Part shown: positions 47,806-61,150 of the stretch, piece after piece
How positions within the stretch are numbered: the first letter of the stretch is position 1
Layout: every line of letters starts with the position of its first letter
NCBI GenBank assembly: GCA_022813965.1
Contig: JALDZS010000111.1
Coordinates: forward strand, 1 to 64,000
Length of the DNA stretch: 64,000 bases
From: Toensbergia leucococca
Lineage: Eukaryota
Direction of reading: 5' to 3'
Position numbers and translations under genes: made by a program
The notes under the pieces: generated by a model
Databases searched by the model: none
What the model saw: the letters and a program-made list of their open reading frames with translations, nothing else
Told to the model about the DNA's origin: nothing

Positions 47806-48502
47806 TGTGGAATGTTGGTTGGATGGTTAGAGAAAGAGGAAGGTTGGATGGTAAGAGAAAGAGGAAGATTGTGCATCAAATATATAGTAGCTGATCATGG
47901 TGCGTTGAATCCGCCCATCGTGTTGTTGTTGAGGGTGGTTAACTCGAGAGTATGATTAGAGGTGTTGATATCGATCTTTTAGAGTGAGCACGAAACGCCC
48001 ATGAGTTGAGAGCTGTAATTCTCGAAATATACCAACAAGTGAGCTGATGAGTAGGCTGCAGATATGCTAGAAGAAATCCAAGTAGATGATGTACTAGATA
48101 GATTGAGCATGGGTCAACAGATAAGTTCTTCCGAGTCATAAATGATTGAACAATGTAGCTATTCATTTTGATAAATTTGCCCGGGCATAGCTGTCTATGG
48201 ATTGGCGAGCACCCCTTGTATACTTGCGTTAAAGGGGTTGTAATGGTGGCTGAAATTACTTCTATGCAGGGGATTGCTATCCTTCCGCGGTACAAAAGTG
48301 GAGAGCGACTGAGCACACGAGTCACATGAGACTCTACTGGGAGACCATCGTCTGACGCCAACAAGCGGAGTATCCGAGCAGCCCACCGTGTTTTTCAATT
48401 CATCTGCTCTTACTCGAACTTGTGATCGTAGGCAGGCGACCATAATCCACGCAGAGAGCATCATAGATATACTATCTTCCTCCAGACAGGGTAAAGCTTT
48501 CT

Positions 48503-49915
48503 TCAGTACCAGGCATTCCCGGCTTCACCACGCTTTTCGTTCTTCGGATTTAATGACATGACTCTTCGAAGGAAAAGTTGGTTGCTGACTTCGCCCTCAA
48601 AAGTGCCGGATATCGAGCGTTTTCCGATAGCAGTAAACGAGTCAAAGTCTGCTTCTCCATTACAAGCGGCCCATTCTGGGGACGAGGGTGAAGTTCCATC
48701 TCCTAGATCGCTCCACCTAGCCACAACAATGGCATGCTTGAACGTGTTCACCGGGTCGCTCTTATCTTCCACCATTTTGAGCTCAATAAGGTACTCTGTT
48801 GGGCACTCAGGACATCGTCGCATAACGTTGCACTCTTCACACCCACGAGCTGTGAATTCGCGGTTTCGAGCCTCTAGAGAAATACTGTATCCTTTCCGAA
48901 GCTGCTGCCGGATCTTCTCCGCCTTTTGGGGAATGTGACTCAAAGCGCATTTCGAGAGTTTCATCAACTCACCATCTCTCCAGTGATGGCATACAGAAAA
49001 GTATGGCGTATAGTCAGACGCAGAATAGAGTAACATGCGTTCCCCAGCTGGCGTTAGCTCAGGCGGCGCGATAATGGTACTGATTGACCGCATCAACAGA
49101 TGTCCCTTGTAAACAATGAATCGAGTGGTATGTGACCATGCACTATCACTGCATTTCCAACGTCGACTTAGTGAATCCGATGAGATGCCATGGCTTGGTG
49201 AGTGACGATGAGCCCGAAGGGCAAGCTGTACGAAGGCAAACGGAAGGGTACGGCCGTGGGTCAGCCGCATCCGCGGGAGAAAGGAATTCTGAGCATTAGG
49301 ACAATTAAACAAGGGGTTTAGTACATGGGTGACTTTCAGACGCTCCTGGCCTCGCTGGGTCCGAAGATGATAAGTCTCGCACGGAAAACACAACAGGTGG
49401 TAAGGGAGATGACCATCAATACGGACGAGGAAATCAATCTTTTGCGACTTGTTTTCAACATGATTCAAAGCATCCCAGGGTTTGGGACCCATCCGGTTTC
49501 GAAGAGTTTTGCTCGAGAGGGCAACAATGGCGGCATCAGATGGGCTCATAAACATGGCAACTCGACCCCATAAGTCAGATGATAAGCTAGCTATCATGGC
49601 CTCTCCTGGTTTACGGTCTTCTTCAGCGTCTGCGGAGTAGCCTTTCCCCGTGCTAAATTCGAAAGAGGGACGATGGGCCAAACTGTGCCACGTCTCTGTA
49701 TGATCTACTATTTTTGAGCCTTCGACCAAGGTTGAAGCTTTGCTCATAATGGAATATCGACGCTCCCCCGTTTGGGGGTCGGGCACTCCTGGGGAGAAGT
49801 CATCGGAGGCGCGATCTTGATCTTTGGAGATACTGCCGCTTTCCGAAACATCTGGTTTCTTGTCTCCAGCGACCTTGGAGCTGAATTTGAAAAACGATTT
49901 CTTTCTCAAAGGCAT
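48503..49915 (-). CDS. F-box domain protein with Cys-rich C-terminus
   Basis: F-box-like IASLSSDLWGRVAMFMSPSDAAIVALSSKTL; CFPCETYH; CEEC..RCPECPTEY..RWSDLG. The start is at 49915 or 49969. Confidence 0.85.
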   Translation of the reverse strand: MPLRKKSFFKFSSKVAGDKKPDVSESGSISKDQDRASDDFSPGVPDPQTGERRYSIMSKASTLVEGSKIVDHTETWHSLAHRPSFEFSTGKGYSADAEEDRKPGEAMIASLSSDLWGRVAMFMSPSDAAIVALSSKTLRNRMGPKPWDALNHVENKSQKIDFLVRIDGHLPYHLLCFPCETYHLRTQRGQERLKVTHVLNPLFNCPNAQNSFLPRMRLTHGRTLPFAFVQLALRAHRHSPSHGISSDSLSRRWKCSDSAWSHTTRFIVYKGHLLMRSISTIIAPPELTPAGERMLLYSASDYTPYFSVCHHWRDGELMKLSKCALSHIPQKAEKIRQQLRKGYSISLEARNREFTARGCEECNVMRRCPECPTEYLIELKMVEDKSDPVNTFKHAIVVARWSDLGDGTSPSSPEWAACNGEADFDSFTAIGKRSISGTFEGEVSNQLFLRRVMSLNPKNEKRGEAGNAWY

Positions 49916-50663
49916 ATTTGCTCCTGCTAACAAATTACAGATTCTTGTTTCTAGGAGAAAGCTTGACATATGCGGGATTTAGAAAAGAAGATGCACTCCA
50001 CCACTCGCTTTAGACAACGGCCGGAACGTGGCGGGACCTAGATTAGCCGCAGCCGCAGCACGTTCAGGGTTGGAAAGAAGCGAGCTAGGTCGCTTCGGGA
50101 AAGGTACAAGTACTGTAAATCTACCCTACTGGCAACCCCGTTTTCATACATCGACACCTAACTAAAAGATATAATTTCCATTCGAAGGAGTTGTTCCAAT
50201 TTTAGTGGGATTGTCATGTTTGAAAAGAAATGTGCATGTTCTAAAGAATTTACTTTTTGTTTTGTTTGTCAGGGTTTGATTCATATGTAATGCAGAATCT
50301 ACAATTCAAAGGTAGGAAAGAAAGATCTATCTGAAGTAGGGCCATGGGTGAGTATGTAACCCGCTCTCATAGCTCATTGCGTGAAAACTCTTTCTAACTC
50401 CATAGGATTCCACAAGCCTTAGGGGTGATCGGCGAACGCAATTTTGGCAGTTCGTGGTAGAACCCTGACATTGTCATTGATATATGGATATATTGATATC
50501 TTTTATCAACGTCAGATATTACGCACTAGATAGGACTTCGGATCAAGGAGTGTCAGCGCATCAAAAACCGTCGTCAGGTATGAGCGTCACTCTTCATTAC
50601 ATCTAGATAATATTGCTAAAATAAAACTGGTTCCCTACAACAAGGATTAATAGTCTTGGTCGT

Positions 50664-51785
50664 CTATTCTCCATAGCCTTTCTTCCCCAACGCCTCCGCT
50701 TGAATCTTCCAGATTGGCTTTGCCATTCCAATAAGCGTGGCTCCAAAACTATCCAACAAATCCTTGATAGCTTTCACATCAGCAACATCTTCTCCTCCAA
50801 CACCATCATCTCCCCCAAACGTCGCTAACCACCATAACTGCTTCCACATTACCGTTGCTTTTATTGCCTCGATGTCTCTGGGCTGCACATCCTTTGCTAC
50901 GAGATAGAATGACCCTCTCGCCGCATGTTTTCGCACTGATTTGAAGAGCTCTACTTTAGCAAATTTACTGAAAGAACGCAAGAGCTGCACAGTATCCCAG
51001 CCATCTAGCTTGTGCAACATCATGACAAGAACGCCGCCGGGTTTGATTCGTTGGAGAGCTAAAATCAATTGCGCGTAAAGGAGACGGAAAATTTCTCTAT
51101 GGTTCTGACGGTACGACTGGCGAATATGAGAAGACAAAACTGAACCATCACAGAAGACGAGATCGAACTCATGCTCCGAGTAAGGTCTGCAAGTCAAGAA
51201 ATTGTCTTTATCAGGATGGCCTGGCGGGATAGATGTAGTACCGAACTCCGTGGAAAGCATGGTTATGTCCAGAAAACGCACACGAACTCTCGGGTCCTGT
51301 GGCTCGCTCTTGATAAGAAGCTCGTGACCACCTTGAGACTCTGACAGACTAATGCCATAAACTTGTGCTGCGGCGTTGTGTTGGAGGACCGCAGATGTAT
51401 AACCGCCAGGAGCCATGCATAAATCAAGCACTTTCGGACCATGATTTCCAAAATTCCGAGAGAGGACACCAGTGCGGGCTTGCAATTCATCGGCAATCTC
51501 CTGGTACATTCTAAAGAACTTTGGCTGGCGCTGTTGGTCGACTCCTTGACTGTATTGTCTTTGCAGATCACTAAAACGCCGATCTGCATCTGAATCCTCC
51601 CAGCCCTAGTAATTTGTGTTGAGCATTCGGGCATACCATCATATCTAATCACTTTTGCAGCTCACCTTGCTTTTGAGAGCCACAAGTTCGCGGAAGACTT
51701 GCTCTCGTTCCAAGAGAAAGGACTTGACAATGTCATTTGGTACTGACGGTTCAGCCCGTGACGCTTGTTCTGAACCTGTCGACAT
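50664..51785 (-). CDS. FtsJ/RrmJ-like SAM-dependent methyltransferase (2 exons)
   Basis: VLDLCMAPGGY; DLVFCDG; KPGG..MMLHK; SFYLVA. The first exon from ATG 51785 joins via a GTGAGC..CTAG intron. Confidence 0.9.
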
Positions 51786-52842
51786 GCAGACGGCACAGAA
51801 ACAGCAGCTTTGACAGACAGTTATTTGCGATAAACTTGATCCCGCTATCAGAAAACACAACTTTCAATCTTCTTAGGTTGCTACAACTAATACCTAGATG
51901 CGCGACTCTTATTCCCCTTGAAGGAATAATGAGAATTCATCTTACTCCGGATGTCTTTTTATACAGGTTTCTGAGCACTAGAACCTTTACGATACAGTTT
52001 GACTTCACAGAACAAATGATATTTCAATTAGATCATTGATCATGCTGATATCAGCAAACTTCAAGTCAAGCAAAAGAATAGCATGTATCAGTTTAAAAAA
52101 TGACAAAGATACAACAACAAACAAAGAAGTTATACAGATAGTCATAGTGAGTATCAATCCTTCACTAAAACGAAACGTCGTTTGATCTAAGCAAAGCACA
52201 CCTGATGCAGTCACAAGAGAGCTTGATGCGACTAGCAATGCAAATGAACAATGAAGTCAACCGCGGTAATGGGATCAACTCAGCAGGGAAGAAATGAATG
52301 GCAAGTAACCTTACCATCACGCGGAATTCATTAGTCTGCCAAAATTTTGCCTCCGCTTCCAGAATGTCAAGGGCTCGGATCCTCCTACAACGAAACATTT
52401 CCTCTTTGCATACATCAACTCTTCTATCGAGGCTGGCCGGATGGGAAGGAAGGGGTGAAGAAAATCTTCTCCATTCAGCGTTGTTAAATCACAATCATCT
52501 CGACGGGTGCCCGCTTGTTAATTGATCTTACGGTGAGCATGCAGATTATGTATATGTCAGGAGTAGCGTGGACTGTGTTTTCTTCCACCTTTGCTTTTAG
52601 TGGCTCATACCAAATCTCGTTTTCTGGATCCGATCACCCCGCCAGCGAGCTCTGTCCGATATAGAACCCAGGTTCTGCATGCCCTAATTAATTCAGGTTC
52701 TGGAGGTGAGCTATTTTATTTCGAAGCAAAGTGTTAACGATGGTTTGAGAGTTTAGATCAATCCTAGGTACGACTGGTTCGGCCGAGAAATCCCTCACCT
52801 GCCGCCACCTCTCAGGATAAGGTACACGCACATTGAAGCCGC

Positions 52843-53013
52843 ACTTGAATCAAGACTAACGCCCTCCTCCCCAATTAGTAGCTTGATCACCTTAACCAAT
52901 CCCTGAAATACTGTCAATGTCAATGATGTATTGCCAATTTTATCGTTTGAGTTGAGGTAGACACTGCCTTTTCCGATGAGCAACTTGACCAATCTTACGT
53001 GACCATATTTCAA
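52843..53013 (-). pseudogene. Ankyrin-repeat fragment
   Basis: KYGHVRLVKLLIGKGSVYLNSNDKIGNTSLTLTVFQGLVKVIKLLI, about 1.5 degenerate ankyrin repeats with no flanking ORF. Confidence 0.7.
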
Positions 53014-56000
53014 CTGTCTTGCCTAGTGAGGTATTTGCATACAAACCCCCTGGGTTGAGATCAATACCCATGCCTCGGCTTTTGACAGCCTCGCAGAAGT
53101 TGCCGCAGATGCTTGAGCAGCCGAGCTACCAGTAATTTGAAATCTCGGCGGCGACACCCACCGTCAAAAACGTCCATCATTGACATTCCCGAGCCCTTTA
53201 GCCAGTCGTTGCCATTATTGCACCTAGTAGATTGTAAGAACATGTATGGCAAGTGGTGGAAAGAGCAAAAGCTGCAAAATAAATGCTTCTACCTGATATT
53301 CCATCCTGATTAGCCAATAATGTTACCCGGGTGCAAGGTTTCGCAGAGACAAGCGACCTACCTAACACACGTTCATTCTCCACCCTTGTCCTTTCTTCCT
53401 CCGCCCTCCACTCCATCAACGCCGCTCTCGCTCCCAAGTATTTGTACTTTGCAGTGATGTGCTAAGGTCCTCACCCTGCTTCTGAACCGCCACCCTCAGT
53501 TAAGTGAAATATAGTGCGAGACGGGTGATTTAATTCAGGTTATCATAGTGGGAAGAAGCGAAGGTAATATGAAGAGGAAGAACAGCAGAAATTGAGTAAG
53601 ATCAAGCATGAATGAAAGGACTTTGGAGAACTTTCAAAAAGCTGGATACGGGTATCTCTTAAACATGTGAGAGCATGCTTTGCCGTGTACAATGACTTGC
53701 ATGGGATACACTACAGCCTTGGCATCTATCAGGTATAGTCTAGGGCAAGTGCGTATGGATGGCGTTTAGCTCATATTGTATTCGATTCCTAAAGACGCTG
53801 GTATAAATGCAGTGGCTTGTGTTCTCTTTCAGGCAAGGGAGATACAGTGCCTTACTATCTAGAACAGTCGTTACAATGAGACTCTGAAAGATGCGCTGAG
53901 TGAATGTAATCGCTGCTGTATCTCCTCAAGCTTGATTAACCCTGTAATGATGGGTTTTCGTCATCAAACTACAGCAGAGCAAGAACGACATCTGCCCTTT
54001 GAAAGCGCATCGAGCGCGCTTGCGCTTAGACCAACCCCGCGGCTCCAGGCTTGAACGGCCCGAAGCCCTAGTGTACCGTGTTTAATTGCACCATGCACAA
54101 CACTCCTTTTGACATTCAGCATGCAAAACACCTCGCATATTCAACGTCTCCTCTATACAATGAGCCCAAGTTGCAACAATCAGGATGAACGAGCTGCCTA
54201 GCTCTTGAGTCGTGAAGTCTATATACGCTCTCGGCCACATCATTCAGTCTGGTGGTCAGGAGTCTTGGCTCGTGATGGAAGATAACCAGCAATGTAGCTT
54301 TACATAAGAACCATTACCACTCCTTCAATTACAAGCCACGAACAACAAAGTATATATATATGCTGAAAGATAAACGTTAGAAAGCTCGAAATAAACCGCA
54401 GAGGGATTCCGAGAGCTTTGGCAGAATCGTCTCCCGGGGCATATCTGCTAGCTTGAATCACCATTTCTCTGCTCAATGATTTACATCGAGAAATTTGAGG
54501 GCTTTTGGGGATGGGAAATAGCATTGGAAGAGGCAAACCCTAGCGGTCAATCTCTGCACAAAGGCCCTGACCCTATGGCATTGATTCCAGCCACCCAAGA
54601 CTGGGTAATTCGAAGACACGAAGCCGGGATTAGAAACGATAAATACTTTCCCTTGGTATAAGCCCCTTACCTGAAGAATCATTTTTATCAAGCCTCAGGG
54701 GTGTGGACTGCATCTCTTGTAACGAATCATTTCTATTCGAGAATTCAGCAATTGGGCCATTCGATTGGATTCTATAATAGCTTACTCACAACACGCAGAC
54801 CTATCGCTCCATATTTTCGTCAAGGGCTTATTTGCTTACTCTTTCTCCTATTGATAACTCTCTAGAGCATTAAGTGACTATACGAAGCGTTGCCATACAA
54901 GATGCCAAAGGGTCCTCTTGCAGACAGCAACTCACGTCTAATCCTTTGGCAACCTTATAAGGTAAGCAGGCTCCAGGGCTCTCGAAACTTAATGGAAACT
55001 ATCTTTGTTCTGCCCTTTCGCGACGCACATAACACAGGACAATCTTCACAGCGATCCCTAGGCTTTTCCTAAGTATCTCCCCTGCAAGATTTCACATTCG
55101 TTTGCGATCAAAACTTTGTCGTTTCTGAGTGATGGGGACCTTTGTAAGAATTCGTTGACCTCGAGATCCCCCCCTATTGGTGTTCTGTCAGATATCTCAA
55201 GTATTTTCTGGAGGAACGTCATGCCATGTACCTTGTTTCGAGTCCGAATTGTGTCCTTGTTGCGCCAAAGTCTATCGTAATGTTATGAAAGCCAGTGATG
55301 ACGGCAAAGGTATGCCTATGGTTCTTGTTGTTGAATAATGTTTCTCGTCATGGCTCAAAATTTGTCCACCTACCGCGCGTGGACTCCGTGTTCTATTATG
55401 TTGAAAGAGGTTTAAATAGCTGCTTCAAGTTTAGTGTTATATTGTTGATTCGTTCATCATTGGAGAATGTTAGCATGGACTTTTGTTTGCTCGTGAGCGA
55501 TGAAGTCAGTCACCAAGCACTATCCTTCCTATTCTCGGCCTCCGCACCAACTTGATGGTTCTAGGTATTATCTCTTTCAAGCTATCCGATGCTTATCCTA
55601 AGTTTGTATTCGAGGGCTGTACTAGAATCGAGGCAGCAACCAAGGTTTCTTCTCTTGGGTCTCACCCAATATGTTGTCGACACGTCAGAGTCAATTCCTC
55701 ACTTGATAGGAAGAGATGAAGCCATGGGAGCCTACCAGAACCTTCCGCCTGGGTCACTTCATTGAGTGGTGAAGATATCTGCGCGCGTGAATTCGGCTAA
55801 TACATTACTGAGCTAATTGTATTTAAAACGTGATCTAGCGAACCCTATTGGACGGAGTACGGAAGACCCAGCATGAGCGACTTTCGCTTAGAGTAAAATA
55901 CATATATATTACGCCGAGCCCTAACTCCCACGAATGGTATCACCAGTCAATTCACGAATTATTTGAGGTGGATTGATGAGTGAAAGTCTGTCTTGTGGCC

Positions 56001-56257
56001 TGTCTAAGGCTTAGTGCGTTCATTCCCATCTATTTAAGACTTCCAGATTCCCACTCTTTTTGTTTCTTAACCCAGAACCATTCCCAGTTCCCCATGTTCC
56101 AAGATACAATCATCCATCATTGATTGACACAACACAATTTTTACTTGTCTACTCTCAGACCACAGACAACCTATTGAGACCTTGATCTGTTCCAATCTGT
56201 AAGTGATTGCACTGAGATGGGACCTGTAGGACCTTTGCCGTCTCAATCCCTTTCCTC

Positions 56258-56315
56258 CACACACATACACACACACGCACACACACATACTACACATCCC
56301 GACACACATGCACAC
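56258..56315. repeat. Imperfect (CA)n microsatellite
   Basis: CACACACATACACACACACGCACACACACATAC... Confidence 0.85.
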
Positions 56316-56667
56316 AGCCTTTCATTAGCAGCTCTTGCTTCCACCTTGAGTACACACACTCTGAACGTGGTTGATATTTGAGCTGCTTCGATGGAGAGAC
56401 AAAGGTTTATTCCAGAGTCCATAGCCTCAAGTGCCCCTCGTCTACTCTTACCGGCCCACACAAACATCCTTCTTTCTCACACTATTTACCTCACCGAGAT
56501 ATCTTCCAATGCCTCTCTCGTCCTTTATTGTCTTTCATCTTCCCCGAAGTCGAAAGGTATTGTTATACACAATCACTGACTGAATGCTGACTGTCTCTTA
56601 TAATAGACTTCTTCTAGAATCCAGCCTGTAAGCTCACCTGTCTTCATCACTCTTACTACGAGCCTCC

Positions 56668-57754
56668 ATGGGTAAAGCTTTACCGTGGTCGTATCCCACG
56701 ATGGCTCAAGTACGCTTTGCAAGCTTTACGTCGAGTCTACAAGCTATTTTCGCCTCGAGAGCTCAATAATTGCGGTGCTAACGTCTTGGTCTGAATACAG
56801 CTACAGTGCGGCACGTTTTCCTTCATCCAATCTCCGTCGTGCTTGGGTCTAGCCATATCATGGACCGGGTCAGAGATGGACGATGGTCTCAAGAGTCTCG
56901 TCTTAGAGAGACCCGTCTAAGGGATCTGATGATGGTAAGCTTCTCTCGAGTCTCTTACTTCAACACCTTCGAGCATTTCTTTTCATCAACTGTTTGCAGC
57001 CATAGTCACGAGGATCGAAAGCCTTACAACATAAGCGTGCAGAATTACTGACACTATTCAACAAGGTTGACCTGGGGTTAGAACGGAGAGAGACGTTGTC
57101 AACGAATGAGAACGCCGAAGTACGACGTCGTCACACCGAAACCAATCAGGCTGAGGCGATATTCATCAAAGCAAGACCTACCCTCCCGGGTTGGGACGGT
57201 AAGTCGGCTCAGACTCTATCTAGCAGTCAGGAATACAAGCTGAAGCCTATATAGCGGTTGGTAACGATGATATCTCTGATGAGGGGCTCGAGACGCTAGA
57301 CAATGGCCAAGGGCATAGGCTTCGTCTTCAGGCTTTGGAGAATCTTCGCAATACTACGATTCCCGATAGCGTGTCACTCCAAGCTACCTCGACGGAAACG
57401 GCCTCGCGTGGCGAGGGTGTGGGTCTTGATCTTTTACAAGAACACACCCCGCCCATGCCTCAGTCGTCAATTCGGGTCAAGCTTCCGACGGAGCCTCCTT
57501 TACATCTACCAATTCGGCATCAGCGAGCGGAAGAGGCAATGGCGGAAGATCGACCACTAAGGGAGCTGCGTGTAAGGCCTCCTGCTCGTGTCAGGCTCCC
57601 CTTGGCCTCGGCCTCATCCACGACGACTTACCATCAAGCGCCTCGCCAAACACTGATTGGCGAAGATCTGGTTCGTCCCATCCAGCTAAGTGGTCGATCG
57701 TCTAGAGATCCTCGTGATGACTCCTGGAGTCGTGGCGGCCGTATGAGACGTTGA
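56668..57754 (+). CDS. Orphan Arg-rich protein (3-4 exons)
   Basis: Exons ~56801-56934, ~57067-57199 and ~57300-57754 splice in one frame through GTAAGC..CTGAC..AAG and GTAAGT..CTAG introns. The start is ATG 56668 (weak donor) or 56860. Confidence 0.5.
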
Positions 57755-59073
57755 GGGTGGTGGATCGCATATTGCATTTTTTTCATATGTACAGCAGCGG
57801 CTCTGGCACATGCAATCTACTAATACATTCTTTTCCTTCTTCTCATCTATCTATCTATCTAGAGCTTGACAAGTCACTCACCGCGACTGGAGGCTGGGCA
57901 TCTCCATGTTGGCGCGGCACCATACAAGCAGATAAGCAATGGACACTACCAAAAACACTTGAAAAAGAAAAACCCTTCTAAAAAAATCTCCGAGATTGGG
58001 AGTTCAATCCCCACTTTTGGACACCCACACCTGATTTTTTGAACGTTTTTTACTAAAGCCATTTAGAGCACCTTACAATAAAACCACACCAGACAAACCC
58101 AACCACAGTCGCTTCGCACCCCTAATTCGCCATCGCTCATCAGCCGCACTACGATCTCAACCTTATACAGCTCAGGCGGCTCGAGCCCCAGCTCGCCACT
58201 CTTTCTCCTCCAACAATGTATTCACCATCTTAGCCCACGATAGCGAATACTCCTCTTCGAACGCTGCCATGGCAAAGACGCCTGACAGCATCAGCTTTCT
58301 CAAGCTCAATTACCCTTCGCCCATCCACTCCGGCTACACCAATGGTTACGAAGATGGCTATGACGCCGGAGTGGAGGATGGGCGAAACAATCAAGAAGAG
58401 CAATTGAAAGATACTTCAGACCATCAGGATGAAGATAGTACCACTGTTCCAGAAGACGAAACTAACCTGTCTGGCTGTTCAGTATTAGCAGTGTCTCTCT
58501 ACTCAACCTCTCTTCTATCTCCCAAGAAACGAAAGAGAAAACAAAAAGGAGAACCAAAACAAAACAAAAGCAATCACAAATACAAAAAGCGTATGAAAAA
58601 CCAAAGAGAGAGTGATGTCACAAGAACAAGATATCTTCCTTCCTCTATCTCCACGGAGAGTTCTCAAGAACTCGCCCACCCCATATGCCTTGCGAAGCTC
58701 AGGCTGTTGCAGCCCCAGCTCAAACAAGGATCGTTTTGTCCCGTGTGAAGACTCTTTACTGTCCCGTACGAATGAGCAGCAGTATTGATTGAGACTCGTC
58801 CACGAACCGCCAAGAAACGAACAAGCTGCAGCTATGGCAAATGGTGCTCCTACGTCGCCAAAACGCCCTCTACAATCTCCTCTAGGGCCCAAACGAGAGG
58901 AACAGAAAATTGCTATGCAAGAGGAGCTTCTATAGACCTATTTTATATATAGATAGTGGTGTTGCTACATCACATGCTTTTTGGGTATCATTAATTACAC
59001 CTTTATACTCTCTTACATTGCAAAGGTTCAGATACTGAAGAATCAATCATCGGTAATTCCAATCAACTCTCTA

Positions 59074-59591
59074 ATGGGGTCTCCAACGGAGGATTCATTC
59101 CCATTTATGAAATTACCTTTGGGACTACGCACGATGGTCTACGACGACCATCTTGCCAGACTATGTGGTTGGCTTACTCCGAGGTGGGCATCAAAGAAGA
59201 TAAGGCTCACCTGACTGGTATAATGGTAATGCCAGGAGTGCCTTTTCGCATGAAGAAAAGATATTACCATGGCAAGGCGAAGAAAGAATCGCCGTATAAC
59301 CCCTGGGCGCCGGTCCTCCAAGGCTGCAAAGCCTACGAAGAACGTCTTCTACTGAACGCAAAGACCCATCACTTGAGTGAAAGGGCGGCTGTCAAAGCGC
59401 ACTATAGAAAGAATGTTTTAAATAGTGAGACACCCGTGGCTGTCGGTATGGTCCTCGGCCTGGGCAATGTTTTAATGATGCACGGTGCTGAATTTCAGCG
59501 ATACTTCGAGGTAAGTACTGAGTCCCAGATAGTTGCTAAACAACTACTAAACCCCGTAGCATTCTGTCATTCGGTTTCGATACTCAGCTAA
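59074..59591 (+). pseudogene. Frameshifted F-box-like/2EXR-type gene remnant
   Basis: FPFMKLPLGLRTMVY (F..LP.ELR..IY-type motif) is followed by a shift into ORF 59163-59591. A second LKLPPEIRNR motif sits at ~60534-60563. Confidence 0.5.
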
Positions 59592-60647
59592 AATAGATGC
59601 TGCGATGACTGATGATTTGTTGCCGCCTCTTCGACTCGTGACGCATTAAGTTCCGAGGAGCGCTAGCCATGAAAGGAATAGATTGAGGTTCGATTTATAG
59701 GATGGAGTCATAGCATCCGCCTCTGGGCACAGATGCCCCAAAGTCCCCGCCAATGGTGCCTTGAGGCTGAGACGGGTCTTGTACAAGATAGAAGCCGTTC
59801 AATCTTGACGCGCAAAGTCTTACCAAGCATCCTCAGAAGACGATTGTGGAATCCCCAAGGAAAAAGCCCAAGTTGGCTGTCGAGCCCCAAGAGGAAAATG
59901 CTGATGTTAATGAGTACGAGGAGAATCAAGATGATGACCGACCCAGTTGTTCACGCTCAGGAAATGGTTCTGCATCCCGAACCAGTACATCGTCGACATT
60001 CAGTCTCTTCTTCCTCTTCATGCCATTACTACTTGCTTTGCATCTTGGACACTTTGTTTGTCAATACATCTCATCATAAGGCTTTCCCTAAGAGATCGTT
60101 CCTGCGTCTCAATATGTTGTTCTACGATCATGAAGCCAAATACCACGAAATGGTAGTTTTCCGCTTCCATCACTATATTACATGCAATTCCAATGGCACG
60201 AGAAGCCTTGCTTATAAGGAAAGGTACAATCGCACAAGACCGTTCTTTATTTTGCTCGCAACATGTTATCGAAGCCTAAATCTTTCGGCCAGGACAATAC
60301 GGTCAATCAACAGTCTACGTACAACTTAGACCTCATCGAATTACCTTTCGAGGGTAATATCCGGCGCTCTATTCGTCAAGGGATAGATCCATCACAAGAA
60401 ACGCTAATTCAAAAATTGCCAGTCTATGGACACGACATTGAATTGTGGGAAGATACCGCAATCAAAATTTGATTCAAATCAGCCCTCATGGTGATACATC
60501 ACAGTGTCAGAGACTGTTGAATCTCCCAGATCTCTAAAATTACCTCCAGAGATCCGCAATAGAGACGGATTCACTCTGACTTCGTATATGATGAAAGTGT
60601 TCACGAGGCGCAACGCTTGATGGCTTTCTCATTTTCCGCTCGAGCAA

Positions 60648-60700
60648 ACGCGATTGCTCGACAAAACGCGATTGCTCGACATAACGCGATTGCTCGACAT
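60648..60700 (+). repeat. 18-bp tandem repeat x3 (ACGCGATTGCTCGACA.A)
   Basis: Directly visible. Confidence 0.85.
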
Positions 60701-61070
60701 TAAGAAAGAAATCAATCGAGAATACCTGGCGGAACAGATTCAGACGGAACGGGCTTACGGCAATATTGTAGAGGGCTATACGACCTCAATAGCCCAGCTA
60801 ATCAAGTCTTTCGAACCCTTTTCTTCAAGCCTACCAATCACCCAAAATGACGGTATATTAAAGAAGTGGACAAATAGGAGAAGATGGAGGCGCAGCTAGG
60901 AACGACGAATCCGCGGACGATGACACCAATGACCTCGTCCCAAGATTTCCAACGTATCCCAAGGCGGTATAATTACTCTTGGTAACAACCACCACCACTC
61001 AACGAGACACCGATTCGGCGAAGAAGCCGAAACATGATACGCAAGGAAGCCTCGCCAATCAATCTTAAGA

Positions 61071-61150
61071 CACCGACGCATACACTCCGGAAAGCGACCT
61101 TACAAATGTCCATTTGCAAGCTGTCAGAAAACATTTACTCGGCGTACCGT
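61071..61150 (+). pseudogene. C2H2 zinc-finger transcription factor fragment
   Basis: HRRIHSGKRPYKCPFASCQKTFTRRT is a finger end, a TGEKP-type linker and half of the next finger. It lacks the closing His pair and a surrounding gene. Confidence 0.75.

Noticed and set aside
57995..58015. GGGAGTTCAATCCCC, tRNA T-loop-like
   Set aside because: The stem does not pair in tRNA register and no cloverleaf forms.
60648..60700. Short repeats as a CRISPR-like array
   Set aside because: Head-to-tail tandem copies without unique spacers, in eukaryotic DNA.
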